A stretch of 64,000 nucleotides of DNA from an uncultured Clostridia bacterium (GCA_934169925.1 CAKPOO010000003.1:62847-126846), one strand, 5' to 3'; shown: positions 36,130 through 47,022, numbered from the stretch's first letter. Program-made: numbers and translations. Notes: generated by a model not told the origin, from the letters alone.

Positions 36130-37514
36130 TGCCTTATATTCTTTTAGGAGTTCTAGGTATATTTGGTGTAGTATTTTATTTTTATAATAAATCACAAACA
36201 AAAAAGGAAGATACTTCAAATATATCAAATAAAGATAAAGATAAAAATAAAAATTCATCTTCTGGTACTAAATCAGCAGATGTAAAAAAAGATGATGTAT
36301 TCAATTTTATGGAATTTGATAAAATTCAAGATGGTATGATTGTTCAAAATAAAGGAACAAAATATACAATGGCAATTAAATGTAAAGGGGTTAACTATGA
36401 CTTAATGTCTGATGTTGAACAACTTGCAGTAGAAGAAGGATTTATTACTTTTTTAAATACTTTAAGATATCCAATTCAATTATATGTACAAGCACAAAAT
36501 ATTGATTTAAAAGGTGCTATTAATACATACAAAAATAATGTAGCAAATATTAATGATGAATTTAATCAAATTGATAGAGAATATCAAAAAGTTCTTGAAT
36601 CATTTGAAGCTTCTGAAGAAGATATTGATAAAATTGAAAAAGAAAGAAGTAAAGTAAAAAATGTTTATGAATATGCAAACGATATTATAAACTACGTAGA
36701 AGTATTAGGATCTAATAAAGCATTATTACAAAGAAGCTTTTATGTTTTATTATCATACTATACTTCTGAGATAAATGCTTCAAGTAACTTTAGTAAAGAA
36801 GAAGTTGTTAATATGTGTTATAACGAACTTTTAACAAGAGCAAAAGGTATTTGTAGTGCACTTGCAGGTTGTGGAGTTGAAGGTAAAGTATTAAACTCAA
36901 ATGAACTTGCAGATCTATTATATAATGCATATAACAGAGATGATAAAGGATTAATTGATGTTAAAAATGCGTTAGAATCAGGATTTTATAGATTATATTC
37001 TACATCAAAAGATGCTTATGAGAAAAAAGAAGAACTATTAGAAGCAGAAATTGAGAAAAAAGCAAAATTAAAAGCATATAAAGCAATTAAAACTTCAATA
37101 GAAAATGGTACATACGTTTCTGATAAAGCAAAAGAATTGCAAAACGAAGAAGTTGTAAGTAGAGTTGCAACTGAAATAGTAAAAAGAGAAGATGTTCCAG
37201 TTGAAGTAAAAAAAGATGCTCAAAAAAATATAATAGAGGAATATAGACAAGATAAAAGAAAAATATTACTTGAAATAAATGATGAAAAACAAGAAAAGTT
37301 ATCAGAAGCTAATAAAGAAATTGAAAATTTGACAGGGGAAAAAGCAACTACTCAAGAAACAAATAAAGTTGAAGAAACTGCAAAAGATGTTGCAAAAGAA
37401 ATCACAAAACAAGAACTAGATTTAAGAAATGAAGAAGAAAATATTGCTCCTGTTTCTAATAATAAAGTAAATGAAAATTTCTTTGATGATTCAGAAGATG
37501 ATAGTATAATTTAA
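36129..37514 (+). CDS. Membrane-anchored coiled-coil protein of the T4SS-like cluster
   Basis: 461 aa with an N-terminal TM, a Lys/Asp-rich linker, and long predicted coiled coils in the C-terminal half. Translationally coupled to the upstream gene. Confidence 0.45.
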   Translation: MPYILLGVLGIFGVVFYFYNKSQTKKEDTSNISNKDKDKNKNSSSGTKSADVKKDDVFNFMEFDKIQDGMIVQNKGTKYTMAIKCKGVNYDLMSDVEQLAVEEGFITFLNTLRYPIQLYVQAQNIDLKGAINTYKNNVANINDEFNQIDREYQKVLESFEASEEDIDKIEKERSKVKNVYEYANDIINYVEVLGSNKALLQRSFYVLLSYYTSEINASSNFSKEEVVNMCYNELLTRAKGICSALAGCGVEGKVLNSNELADLLYNAYNRDDKGLIDVKNALESGFYRLYSTSKDAYEKKEELLEAEIEKKAKLKAYKAIKTSIENGTYVSDKAKELQNEEVVSRVATEIVKREDVPVEVKKDAQKNIIEEYRQDKRKILLEINDEKQEKLSEANKEIENLTGEKATTQETNKVEETAKDVAKEITKQELDLRNEEENIAPVSNNKVNENFFDDSEDDSII

Positions 37515-37537
37515 TTTAACTTTGGGGGATTAGATAT

Positions 37538-39550
37538 ATGAGTAAAAAAGAAGATAAAAAGAATAAAAAAGATAAAAAGAATAAGGAGAAAAAAGGTAGT
37601 GTAAGTAATGAAGAGATTATAGCAAATAACTCAGATGATTTTAATTCGTTAAAACTTAATCAATCTTCTTTACAAGATTTACTTGCTCCATCTGGTATAG
37701 ATGCATCTCATTATGATTACTTAGAAATATTTTCAAAAGTTTCAAGATTTGCTAGAACATTTTATGTTACAACAATACCAAGACAAGCTACATTTCCATA
37801 CTTTTTATCTGGAGTATATGAATTTGGTGATGTAAATACTTCTGTATATATAACACCTATATCAGAAACAACATCACAAAACGAATTAAATAAAACAATT
37901 GTAGAATTACAATCAGAAAGATATGTTGCAGAAGATAGAGGAGATATAAACAGAGCATCAGTACTATCTGCAAAACAAGCAGAAGCAGAAGCACTTCGTG
38001 ATCAAATAGCTGCAGGTTATAACAAATTATTTGATGCAACTATAGTTTGTACTTTGTTTTCATATACAAAAGCAGAACTTGATAAACTTTCTGAAATACT
38101 TGCAATGGAAGCATCAAAAACTCAACTTGGATTAAAAACAGCTTGGGCTTTACAAGAAGAAGGCTTTAAATCTAATTTACCTTTAAATTCGAATAAAATT
38201 ACAAGAAAACATACTTTTGATAGAGGTTCTATGGCAACAGTATTTCCTTTTGTAAATGCCGATGCTGGTATGGATACAGGTGTTCCAATAGGAATTAACA
38301 AACAAACAGGATTACCTTTATTATTTGATAATTTTAGTTCATCACTTACAAATTATAACATGATAATTTTTGGTAAATCTGGTGCTGGTAAATCTGTTAC
38401 AATAAAAACTATAATGGCAAGATCTGCTATATTAATGGGTGTTGAAAACCTTGTACTTGATGCTGAAGGAGAATATGTTGTTGTTGCTGATGCATTAAGA
38501 GGTATAAACGTTGATATTAGTCCAAAATCAGATACAATTATTAATATATTTGATGTTGAAACAGAAATTGAAAAAGATGAAATTACTGGTAAAGATAAAT
38601 TTGTTTTAAATATCGAAAACAAAGTAGAAGATGTTACACAATCTCTTCTTACTATGGCAAGAGGTGCAACAAAATCTCAAGAAGTTAACGAACTTACAAA
38701 ACAAATAATTGCTGAAATTGTTGCAGAAGAATATGCAGCAAAAGGTATTACTTCTGATCCGGATTCACTTTATACAAGTGAAACTACTTTTGATGAAGAA
38801 GGTAATATTGGTAAAATAAAAAAATTAATGCCTACAATTAGTGATTGGTATGAAAGACTACTTAAAAAAGCAGAAGAAAATGAAAATGATACATACAAAT
38901 ATCACTATGATTATTTAGTTAAAGTTATGAAACAATATTGTAAAAAATATAATGGACAAATGGCATATTTTGACGGTCAATCAACATTTGATTTACTTGA
39001 AGGTTGTCCTTTCATAAACATTAACTTATCTCAATTAGAGGAAAAATTTGCAAGACCACTTGCACAACAAATCTTACTTTCATGGATTTGGGAAAAATAT
39101 GTTAAAAAGAACAGTGAAGATAAGACAAAAGCAAGACAAAAAAGAGTGCTTGTCGATGAAGCATGGATGCTTTTACCTTATCCTGAAGCTGTAGACTTCT
39201 TAAATACAATGGCAAGACGTGCTAGAAAAAGAAATGTTTCATTAACAGTTGTTTCACAGAAATTCCAAGATTTCTACGAAAACAAAAATGTTCAAGCAGT
39301 ATTAACATCTGCTGATACAAAACTATTCTTAGCACAAGATAAATCTGAAATTGCTTATTTACAAGAAGTATTTAAATTAAGTGATGGTGAATCAAACTTC
39401 TTAATAACTTGCACAAGAGGTGAAGGATTAATTAAAATCGGATATTCATCAGCAGTTATTGCAATTAGACCAACTCAAAGAGAATTTGAGTTTGTTGAAA
39501 CAAATATGACAAAATTATTTGAAATGAACAAGAATAAAAATAGAATTTAA
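37538..39550 (+). CDS. VirB4/TraE-family T4SS ATPase
   Basis: 670 aa with Walker A IIFGKSGAGKSVT and the VirB4 Walker B signature VLVDEAWMLL. The N-terminal domain (YDYLEI...RTFYVTTIP) is as in the Gram-positive VirB4 homologs TcpF, PrgJ and Tn916 Orf16. Confidence 0.8.
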   Translation: MSKKEDKKNKKDKKNKEKKGSVSNEEIIANNSDDFNSLKLNQSSLQDLLAPSGIDASHYDYLEIFSKVSRFARTFYVTTIPRQATFPYFLSGVYEFGDVNTSVYITPISETTSQNELNKTIVELQSERYVAEDRGDINRASVLSAKQAEAEALRDQIAAGYNKLFDATIVCTLFSYTKAELDKLSEILAMEASKTQLGLKTAWALQEEGFKSNLPLNSNKITRKHTFDRGSMATVFPFVNADAGMDTGVPIGINKQTGLPLLFDNFSSSLTNYNMIIFGKSGAGKSVTIKTIMARSAILMGVENLVLDAEGEYVVVADALRGINVDISPKSDTIINIFDVETEIEKDEITGKDKFVLNIENKVEDVTQSLLTMARGATKSQEVNELTKQIIAEIVAEEYAAKGITSDPDSLYTSETTFDEEGNIGKIKKLMPTISDWYERLLKKAEENENDTYKYHYDYLVKVMKQYCKKYNGQMAYFDGQSTFDLLEGCPFININLSQLEEKFARPLAQQILLSWIWEKYVKKNSEDKTKARQKRVLVDEAWMLLPYPEAVDFLNTMARRARKRNVSLTVVSQKFQDFYENKNVQAVLTSADTKLFLAQDKSEIAYLQEVFKLSDGESNFLITCTRGEGLIKIGYSSAVIAIRPTQREFEFVETNMTKLFEMNKNKNRI

Positions 39551-39578
39551 AAATTAAATTTAAAATGGATGAGGATTT

Positions 39579-41192
39579 ATGAAATTAATAAGGATGAAAA
39601 GGAAATTTACAAAAGTTTTTTGTGTGGCGATATTCGTTATTGTTTTTATCAATTTCTTTGGTAGTGGAATTTACGCACAAGTAAATACAAATTATGGAGT
39701 AGGAGATAAAGGTTCAATAACAGTAAATTTAAGAAATTATAACGATGATAGTACTTTCTTATCAGTAATGGCTCAAATTATATATATAATTGCAGCTATA
39801 TTTGAAAATATTATTGCTGGTTTATTTAGTTTGCTTACAGGAACAAAGGTGTTCCCATGGGCAGATAGAATTATATTTAATGCCATTCCATTTTTAGACG
39901 TAAATTTTATGAATCCACATTCAGGTTCTTTATTTGAATCTTCATCAGGCTCACAAACTGCTTTGGCAGGAGTTATACAAAATATATATTATACAGTATT
40001 TATAATTGCAGTAGCATTTTTTTCAGTATGCGTAGGAATTTATGCTTTAAGACTTGTATTTGCAACTATTGCTTCTAAAAAAGCAGAGTATAAACAAGCA
40101 ATAGTAAAAGTGTTAATGTCAATGCTTTTATTATTCTTGACACATTATTTAATTTCATTTATATTTTTCGTAAATGAAAAATTAGTAGAAGTTGCATCTC
40201 AAATATTACTTAATAATTCAGAAGAGTATCTATCTGAAGTTGCAGTAGATGATATAAAAACGGACAGAAAAAATGCAATGATTTCTAGTTACACAGATGG
40301 AAAAGATGGTTTACTTGGTCATTTTTCTACTAGTGCGATAAAAAATAATAATTTGAATACTGAAACTAAAGAAGGAAAGTATAATTTAGAACATACTGAT
40401 GCATATAACATTGAAAGTGGTTCAGGTGAAGATATAGCACCTAAATATGCTGACAATAAATATTATAAATATGTTGTTGCACTTGTTACTGGAAAATTTG
40501 AATCAAAAGATAATCCAAATATAACAATAAAAAATTGGAGTAAATACAAAGATAATGAACTTGCCGGTATATATAATCCTTCAACAGGACTTATTTATAG
40601 TGACTTGGGAGCTGATAATGTTACATCTTTTAGATTACTAAATTTATTAAGTGATGTTCAATATTTAGGAGATAAAATAGAAGGTGTTGTAAATGGTAAA
40701 AGTAGAACAGAGGCAATAGAAGCTATTAGAAAAGACTATACGTATTACTCTACAACAGTCACAACGAATAAGGATAATGAAACAATAGAATTCACAACTG
40801 GAAAAAGAATTCGTTATACAACTGCATTTATAGATGTGTTAAAAAATAATCAACGTAAGTGTGATAATTTAGAACAAAGAATGACAGAACAAGAATTAGC
40901 TGCTTTTTTATATGATACATGGGATGCATTAAAAGATGTAAAATATAAAGATATTGAATCTGTAACAAATAAGAATGTATTATCAGGGCTTAGTTCTTAT
41001 TTTAAGAAAACAGCATATAATTCAAAAAGCTCACCTAAATTTAATATTATTTCATGTATATTATATGCAATTTTTTTAATACAATCTTTAATGTATTTTG
41101 TTGCATACTTTAATAGATTCTTTTATATTATTGTACTTTCAATAATGGCTCCACTTGTAATAGTTTATGATTTCTTTTCAAGTCGGCGCTAA
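39579..41192 (+). CDS. Polytopic membrane protein, paralog 1 of a 4-member family (VirB6/TrbL-like, hypervariable central domain)
   Basis: 537 aa. Conserved N-terminal module (FPWADRIIFNAIPFLDVNFMNP...YYTVF...CVGI.AL.LVFA.IASKKA.YK...FL.HYLISFIFFVNEKLVE.AS), divergent middle, and conserved C-terminal two-TM module (CILYAIFLIQSLMYFVAYFNRFFYIIVLSIMAPLVIVYDFF). Confidence 0.5.
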   Translation: MKLIRMKRKFTKVFCVAIFVIVFINFFGSGIYAQVNTNYGVGDKGSITVNLRNYNDDSTFLSVMAQIIYIIAAIFENIIAGLFSLLTGTKVFPWADRIIFNAIPFLDVNFMNPHSGSLFESSSGSQTALAGVIQNIYYTVFIIAVAFFSVCVGIYALRLVFATIASKKAEYKQAIVKVLMSMLLLFLTHYLISFIFFVNEKLVEVASQILLNNSEEYLSEVAVDDIKTDRKNAMISSYTDGKDGLLGHFSTSAIKNNNLNTETKEGKYNLEHTDAYNIESGSGEDIAPKYADNKYYKYVVALVTGKFESKDNPNITIKNWSKYKDNELAGIYNPSTGLIYSDLGADNVTSFRLLNLLSDVQYLGDKIEGVVNGKSRTEAIEAIRKDYTYYSTTVTTNKDNETIEFTTGKRIRYTTAFIDVLKNNQRKCDNLEQRMTEQELAAFLYDTWDALKDVKYKDIESVTNKNVLSGLSSYFKKTAYNSKSSPKFNIISCILYAIFLIQSLMYFVAYFNRFFYIIVLSIMAPLVIVYDFFSSRR

Positions 41193-41229
41193 ACTTTAAA
41201 TAATTACTAAATTATATGGATGGTTAATT

Positions 41230-42879
41230 ATGATAATTAATAAAAAATTAGGAAAATTAATATTATCGGTTTTTATAGTAATATTATGTTTTAATATATT
41301 TTCAAATACAATTTATGCAGCTATTAATCAATCTTATAAAACTACAACTAATGCAGATGCATCTAAATTAGATGAGGATATGAATGATGATGAAACATTT
41401 TTATCCATGACTGCACAAGTAGTTTATATTATTACATCCGGTATAGAATGGGTAGTTTCAAAATTGGTTGGAATATTTACTACAACAGATAAATTTCCTT
41501 GGGCAGATAAAATTATATTCAATGCAGTTCCTATGTTGGATGTCAATTTTATCAATCCTTCAAGTTATTCTTTATTTGAAAGGTCTGAAGGAACCTCAAC
41601 TGCTATAGCTGAAATATTAAAAAATTTATATTATACAGTATTTACAATAGGAGTTTCATTTTTTGGTGTATGTGTTGGTATAATAGCTTTAAAACTTATT
41701 TTTGCTTCAATTGCATCACAAAAAAATAAATATCAAAAGGCTTTATTTGAAGTATTTAAATCATTAATATTATTGTTTATATCATATTATTTGATATCAT
41801 TTTTGTTTTATGTTAATGAAAAATTAGTTGAATCAGCAAGTTCAATATTATTAAAAACATTAAAGGATAACAATCTTGAATTTCAATATATACCTGAAAA
41901 AGAATATAACAAAGAAGTAGTTGATAATAATGCAAATTGGCAAGCAGATCAAATGTTAGGAACTGGTATTACACCAAAGAATTATTATAATGGGGGATCT
42001 GACAATATTGCTGAAAAGAGTTATTACACAGATACAGAATGGAAGGAAACTCTTGTTTTAAGTGATGAATCAAATCCATTTAGAACAATGGATAATAAAC
42101 AATTTATTGAGAAAGTTACTTCTGATGCAACTGCATCTGATAAAGCATATAAATATTTATTTTTTGATATATTATCAAATAATACATTGCCATATTTTGA
42201 TAAGTATTTTAATGAATTATGGCAAGGTAGCAATGAAGCAGATGTAACACATTTATCACCAAGTAACATGAATAATATAATGATAGCAAATTTAATATAT
42301 GATGTATATAAATTAAATACTATACTTGAAAAACATGATTTTAAAGTAGGGGATAATGAAGCATATAAAGAAATAGAAGAATATGCAAGATATGAAGATT
42401 CACCTAGTAATGATGGTTCATGGGTTAGTTATTATAAAGGTAAAAGACTAAGACCAAAAGTATTGATAAAAGGAAATGGTGTATATGCATCAAATGAAGA
42501 AATTGTTGGATTTTTTAAGGCTATATATGATGATGTGGCATCAAGGTATAACAATAATGGAAATAATAAAGATGCTGAATTGTTAGAAGATAAAGAATTT
42601 GATAATAATGAAGTTGTACTAAGTTCTATGGGAGTATATTTTAAAAGTAGAGCATATTATGCAAATATGGTAGGAAAATCAGGAAGTATTGCAGCATCAG
42701 AAAGTAAAACAACTAAAAAATATAACGTAGTTGCCTGTGTATTATATGCAATATTTGTTGTACAATCAATAATGTATTTAATTTCATACTTTAAAAGATT
42801 CTTTTATATTATAATATTATCGATGATAGCTCCGCTTGTTATCGTATATGACTTTTTAACAAAAGCGGTAAATAATTAA
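41230..42879 (+). CDS. Polytopic membrane protein, paralog 2
   Basis: 549 aa; same conserved terminal modules, different core. Confidence 0.5.
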   Translation: MIINKKLGKLILSVFIVILCFNIFSNTIYAAINQSYKTTTNADASKLDEDMNDDETFLSMTAQVVYIITSGIEWVVSKLVGIFTTTDKFPWADKIIFNAVPMLDVNFINPSSYSLFERSEGTSTAIAEILKNLYYTVFTIGVSFFGVCVGIIALKLIFASIASQKNKYQKALFEVFKSLILLFISYYLISFLFYVNEKLVESASSILLKTLKDNNLEFQYIPEKEYNKEVVDNNANWQADQMLGTGITPKNYYNGGSDNIAEKSYYTDTEWKETLVLSDESNPFRTMDNKQFIEKVTSDATASDKAYKYLFFDILSNNTLPYFDKYFNELWQGSNEADVTHLSPSNMNNIMIANLIYDVYKLNTILEKHDFKVGDNEAYKEIEEYARYEDSPSNDGSWVSYYKGKRLRPKVLIKGNGVYASNEEIVGFFKAIYDDVASRYNNNGNNKDAELLEDKEFDNNEVVLSSMGVYFKSRAYYANMVGKSGSIAASESKTTKKYNVVACVLYAIFVVQSIMYLISYFKRFFYIIILSMIAPLVIVYDFLTKAVNN

Positions 42880-42905
42880 AAATTTAAATTTGAAGAAAGG
42901 ATATT

Positions 42906-44540
42906 ATGAAAAAGATAAATAAAATTTTAATAGTAAGTTTTATACTTTTAATTTTTATAAATATTTTTTGTAGTGGTTCTGTTTTTGCAGCTATTAATAA
43001 AGGCTACTCATCAGAATCAGCACCTACATTTAATTCACATATTGAAGTTATCCTTTCGGATAATATAGTAGTAAAGGCTTTAGAGCATTTTATATATTGG
43101 ATTGCAAATGCTCTAGAAACTTTAATCAAAAATATATTTGGTGCTTTAACTGGATCATATGTTTTCCCATGGGCAGATGGTATAATATTTAATTCGGTAG
43201 CACTACTTGATATAAATTTTATAAATCCATCTACAGGATCACTATTTTTAAATACTTCAGGAAATTCCACACCAATAGGTGCTATATTTAAAAATTTATA
43301 TTACACCGTATTTGTACTAGCAGTTGGATTTTTTTCAGTGTGTGTAGGTGTAATGGCTCTAAGACTTGTATTTTCTTCAATAGCTTCAGAGAAGGCAAAA
43401 TACAAAAAAGCAACACTTAATTGCTTTATGTCTTTATTAATGCTATTTACAACTCAGTATTTAATTTCTTTTATATTTTTTGTAAATGAAAAACTTGTAA
43501 CATCTGCAAGCATGATACTAAGTGATAAAATTGAAACTTTTACATTTGAATCTGAAGTACAATCTGCACTTGAAGCAAGACAAGATAATTTAAGTAAGCA
43601 AGGGTTACTTGGATCAAATGATCCTAATCATATAAAAGAAACAATACAATCAGATGCATATAATTATTACATAAAAAATCATATAGGTGATCTTCCACAA
43701 ACAAACGAAGAACAAACAAGGAAAAATGAAGTAAGTAGAACATCAGCGTATAGTAGATTATCAGAATCTGATATTACAAATCTTGGAAAAACACTTTCTT
43801 CAAATAAATATTATAAATATGCTGTTTTAATAATTACTGGTAAATTCCAAGATGTAGATTTAACAAACGATCCTCTATGGATAAAATATAAAGATGAAGA
43901 GATGGTTTCATATAACGTAATAGATGGCGTTGGTACATATGGTATATATAATCCAAATAAAGGAAGAATAACTGATGATTTAGCTTCAGATAATACTACA
44001 GCATATACTTACTATAGATTTATAAACTTGATATCTGATATAAAATATACTGCAGATTCTGGAGGAGCAAGCAAAGAACAAATAAAGAGTAATTATACAA
44101 ATTACACTGATGTAGCAGATACTCAACATTTATTTATACAAAATTGTAAAAGATTTGTCGTAAATTCAAAATCAGCAGAAAATGGTGCAACTTCTCAAGC
44201 TAAAACTTTGTATAAAAAAAGAATGAGTTCAGATGAACTGGCAGATTTTATAAAAAAAGTGCATGATAGTTTAAAAGATGTTGAATATAATGATGTTACA
44301 AATTTAAATGATGAAAATGTTTTTTCAGGTCTTGGAGATTTCTTTAAACAAAGTGCTTATGATTCTTCAAAGAAAAAAGATAAATACAATTTCATTGCTT
44401 GTATTGTTTATGCTATATTTTTAATACAATCAATAATGTATTTTATTGCATATTTTAAAAGATTTTTCTATATTTTAATACTTGCAATGTTTGCACCTAT
44501 AGTTATAGTGTATGATTTCTTTACAAAGTCATTTACTTAA
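42906..44540 (+). CDS. Polytopic membrane protein, paralog 3
   Basis: 544 aa; same conserved terminal modules, different core. Confidence 0.5.
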   Translation: MKKINKILIVSFILLIFINIFCSGSVFAAINKGYSSESAPTFNSHIEVILSDNIVVKALEHFIYWIANALETLIKNIFGALTGSYVFPWADGIIFNSVALLDINFINPSTGSLFLNTSGNSTPIGAIFKNLYYTVFVLAVGFFSVCVGVMALRLVFSSIASEKAKYKKATLNCFMSLLMLFTTQYLISFIFFVNEKLVTSASMILSDKIETFTFESEVQSALEARQDNLSKQGLLGSNDPNHIKETIQSDAYNYYIKNHIGDLPQTNEEQTRKNEVSRTSAYSRLSESDITNLGKTLSSNKYYKYAVLIITGKFQDVDLTNDPLWIKYKDEEMVSYNVIDGVGTYGIYNPNKGRITDDLASDNTTAYTYYRFINLISDIKYTADSGGASKEQIKSNYTNYTDVADTQHLFIQNCKRFVVNSKSAENGATSQAKTLYKKRMSSDELADFIKKVHDSLKDVEYNDVTNLNDENVFSGLGDFFKQSAYDSSKKKDKYNFIACIVYAIFLIQSIMYFIAYFKRFFYILILAMFAPIVIVYDFFTKSFT

Positions 44541-44578
44541 AATAGGTAATAATATTAAATTTACAAAAGGAAAGAATT

Positions 44579-46039
44579 ATGATAAAAGAAAGTTCAAAAA
44601 ATAAAAAAATAAAAAGATTAACATTTATATTAACTATAATGCTGTTATTTGTTACTATATGTAATTTTTTACCTAATAATGTAATATTTGCAGAAACAAA
44701 CTCTAATTATACAGATCAAGATGCTTTCCAAGTAGATGATCTGGATAAGAGTATAAAGCAAAACTTTTTAATTGATATATTAGGTTCATTTATATATGGT
44801 TTAGCTTCTATAGTAGAGGGGTTAGTAAGTTGGGTTTTTGAATTATTTACTGGTGTAAATTCATTCCCATGGGCAGATAAAATTATATTTAATGCAGTTC
44901 CTTTACTTGATGTTAACTTTATAAATCCATCTGATGGCTCGTTATTTAGTACAGAAGCAGCAATAGATAGTATTATAAAAAATTCATATTATACAGTATT
45001 TACATTAGGTGTAGCTTTTTTAGGAGTTGCTATTGGTGTAATGGCAATAAGAATTGTTTTTGCAAGTATAGCATCTGAAAAAGCAAAATACAAAGAATTA
45101 GTAACACAAGCTGCTGTAGCAATTTTGTTACTTTTCATGTCACACTATTTTATTTCATTTATATTTTTTATAAATGAAAAAATGGTAGAAGTAGCAAGTT
45201 CAATATTTTCTCAGGCAGTAGAAAAAGTTGATAATAATGTGAGTTTAACGGTAGTATCAGATGCAACAAAAAGTGAGATTGTCCATCAATTTCAACAGGA
45301 TATAAATGGCTTGAATTTTAAAACAGTATTTAATTTAAATCCTATAAACGCTATTAGAAGTACAATTGGTAATATAAAAGCTGTAGTAGATGAAATAAAA
45401 GGAAAGCCAAATAAAGGAGCAGGACTTGATAGTCCGCAATATAGAGATTATGTATATTACTTATTAACAGATCAGTACTATGTAAAAAAAGAATTATCGA
45501 ATGTATATAGCAGAGGTCAAAATATATTACAAAATATTTGGTTAGGAATAATTACAGTTTTTTATGATGATTCTACAGATCAAATTGAAAATTTAATTGA
45601 AGATGTGTGCTTTTTGTCAGAAATTGACACATATAAAGCTCAAAATTCTAGTATGAAAATAGCTGATGTAAAAACAGCGATTAATGAATATGTAGACAAA
45701 AATAGAGGTGGAAAAGATTACTTAAAAAATATACTTTTATCTGCATGGGGAGAGAAAAACCTTACAGATGATAAAGTTTCAAAAAATAATACTTTCCAAG
45801 GAATTGGACAATTCTTTAAAGAAAATGCATGGACATATGCAACAGATTCAAATGGTAAGATAAAAGGTTGGAAAGCTGGAAAAAATAGTATAATTTCAAC
45901 ATTGTTATATGCAATATTTATTTTACAATCAATAATGTATTTCGTTTCGTATTTTAAAAGGTTTTTCTACATATTGGTTCTTGCAATGTTTGCACCAATA
46001 GTAGTAGTATTTGACTTTTTAACTAAGGTAATAAATTAA
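44579..46039 (+). CDS. Polytopic membrane protein, paralog 4
   Basis: 486 aa; same conserved terminal modules, different core. Confidence 0.5.
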   Translation: MIKESSKNKKIKRLTFILTIMLLFVTICNFLPNNVIFAETNSNYTDQDAFQVDDLDKSIKQNFLIDILGSFIYGLASIVEGLVSWVFELFTGVNSFPWADKIIFNAVPLLDVNFINPSDGSLFSTEAAIDSIIKNSYYTVFTLGVAFLGVAIGVMAIRIVFASIASEKAKYKELVTQAAVAILLLFMSHYFISFIFFINEKMVEVASSIFSQAVEKVDNNVSLTVVSDATKSEIVHQFQQDINGLNFKTVFNLNPINAIRSTIGNIKAVVDEIKGKPNKGAGLDSPQYRDYVYYLLTDQYYVKKELSNVYSRGQNILQNIWLGIITVFYDDSTDQIENLIEDVCFLSEIDTYKAQNSSMKIADVKTAINEYVDKNRGGKDYLKNILLSAWGEKNLTDDKVSKNNTFQGIGQFFKENAWTYATDSNGKIKGWKAGKNSIISTLLYAIFILQSIMYFVSYFKRFFYILVLAMFAPIVVVFDFLTKVIN

Positions 46040-46057
46040 TATAATAAGGAGGATTTT

Positions 46058-47011
46058 ATGAAAGGAAATGTTTTTAGTAAATGGCTACAAGAGTTTTGTT
46101 CACTTGTTTTTGTACAAACAATTCAAGCTTTTATACTTGCAATGATAATGACAATTGTAATATCTGCCATGAATGCAGGTGGAAACTCAGATAGTTCAGA
46201 AGTATTGTATTCTACTGGTATACTTGCAATCGTTGCATTAACATCAATATCAAAAATTGAAGAATTAGTAAAAAATATCTTTGGTCTTCAAGGTGGACTT
46301 GGTGATAAAGCAAATATGAAAAATGGTGCTGGAGCACTTGTTGGTACTATGATGGCAGCAAGATTTGCAAAGAGGTTCTTGGATAATGGTCAGAAAATGG
46401 CTAGTGGTGTAAAAGGAGTGTTTGACGCTAATACTCAAAGAAGAGTTAACAGAGCAAATTGGGATAAATCTACATCAGCAGCAAATCAAAAATATGATGA
46501 TAATGTAAAAGAACTAGATGATAAATTTATTCAAGAATATGGAAATAGATCTACTTGGGATACACAAACAAAGCAAAGATATGAAGATAAAATTGAAAAA
46601 CTTAAAGATAAAAGAGATAGTACACTTACATCTGCAAATAAAGCATATCAAGAAGGCGAAAAAGCAGCAAGTAAGAACTTTAAAACTTCAGCACAAAAAT
46701 TTACTTCAGGAGCTACAGAGGGGTTACTTGGTACAGGTGGTGCAGTATTAGGAGCTACAGGAAGTCTTATTTATCATGGTGCATCAGGTGAAGTAAAACC
46801 ATCCCACGTACTAAATAGTTCACTTACTGGAATGGGATTAGGTGATTCACTTGGAGAAACAATCAATAATACAGCATATACTCATATAGTAAAAACTCAA
46901 TTGGAAAGATCAGAAAAACTAGCAGAAAAACAAAGCAAACGTGATTATAACAGAAATAGAAAAGCTATAGATGCAGCGTTAAAGAAAATAAATGATGTTG
47001 ATAATATTTAA
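46058..47011 (+). CDS. Membrane protein with a C-terminal coiled-coil/repetitive region (T4SS-cluster component)
   Basis: 317 aa; two or three N-terminal TM helices followed by a hydrophilic repeat-like region (NxKYDD / KxYxE). Confidence 0.4.
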   Translation: MKGNVFSKWLQEFCSLVFVQTIQAFILAMIMTIVISAMNAGGNSDSSEVLYSTGILAIVALTSISKIEELVKNIFGLQGGLGDKANMKNGAGALVGTMMAARFAKRFLDNGQKMASGVKGVFDANTQRRVNRANWDKSTSAANQKYDDNVKELDDKFIQEYGNRSTWDTQTKQRYEDKIEKLKDKRDSTLTSANKAYQEGEKAASKNFKTSAQKFTSGATEGLLGTGGAVLGATGSLIYHGASGEVKPSHVLNSSLTGMGLGDSLGETINNTAYTHIVKTQLERSEKLAEKQSKRDYNRNRKAIDAALKKINDVDNI

Positions 47012-47022
47012 GTGGTGTTTAT

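Noticed and set aside
38353-38622. Small minus-strand ORFs inside the VirB4 gene, with similar ones inside the VirB6-like paralogs (42024..42269, 43004..43270)
   Set aside because: They are antisense to long, motif-supported coding regions. No independent support.
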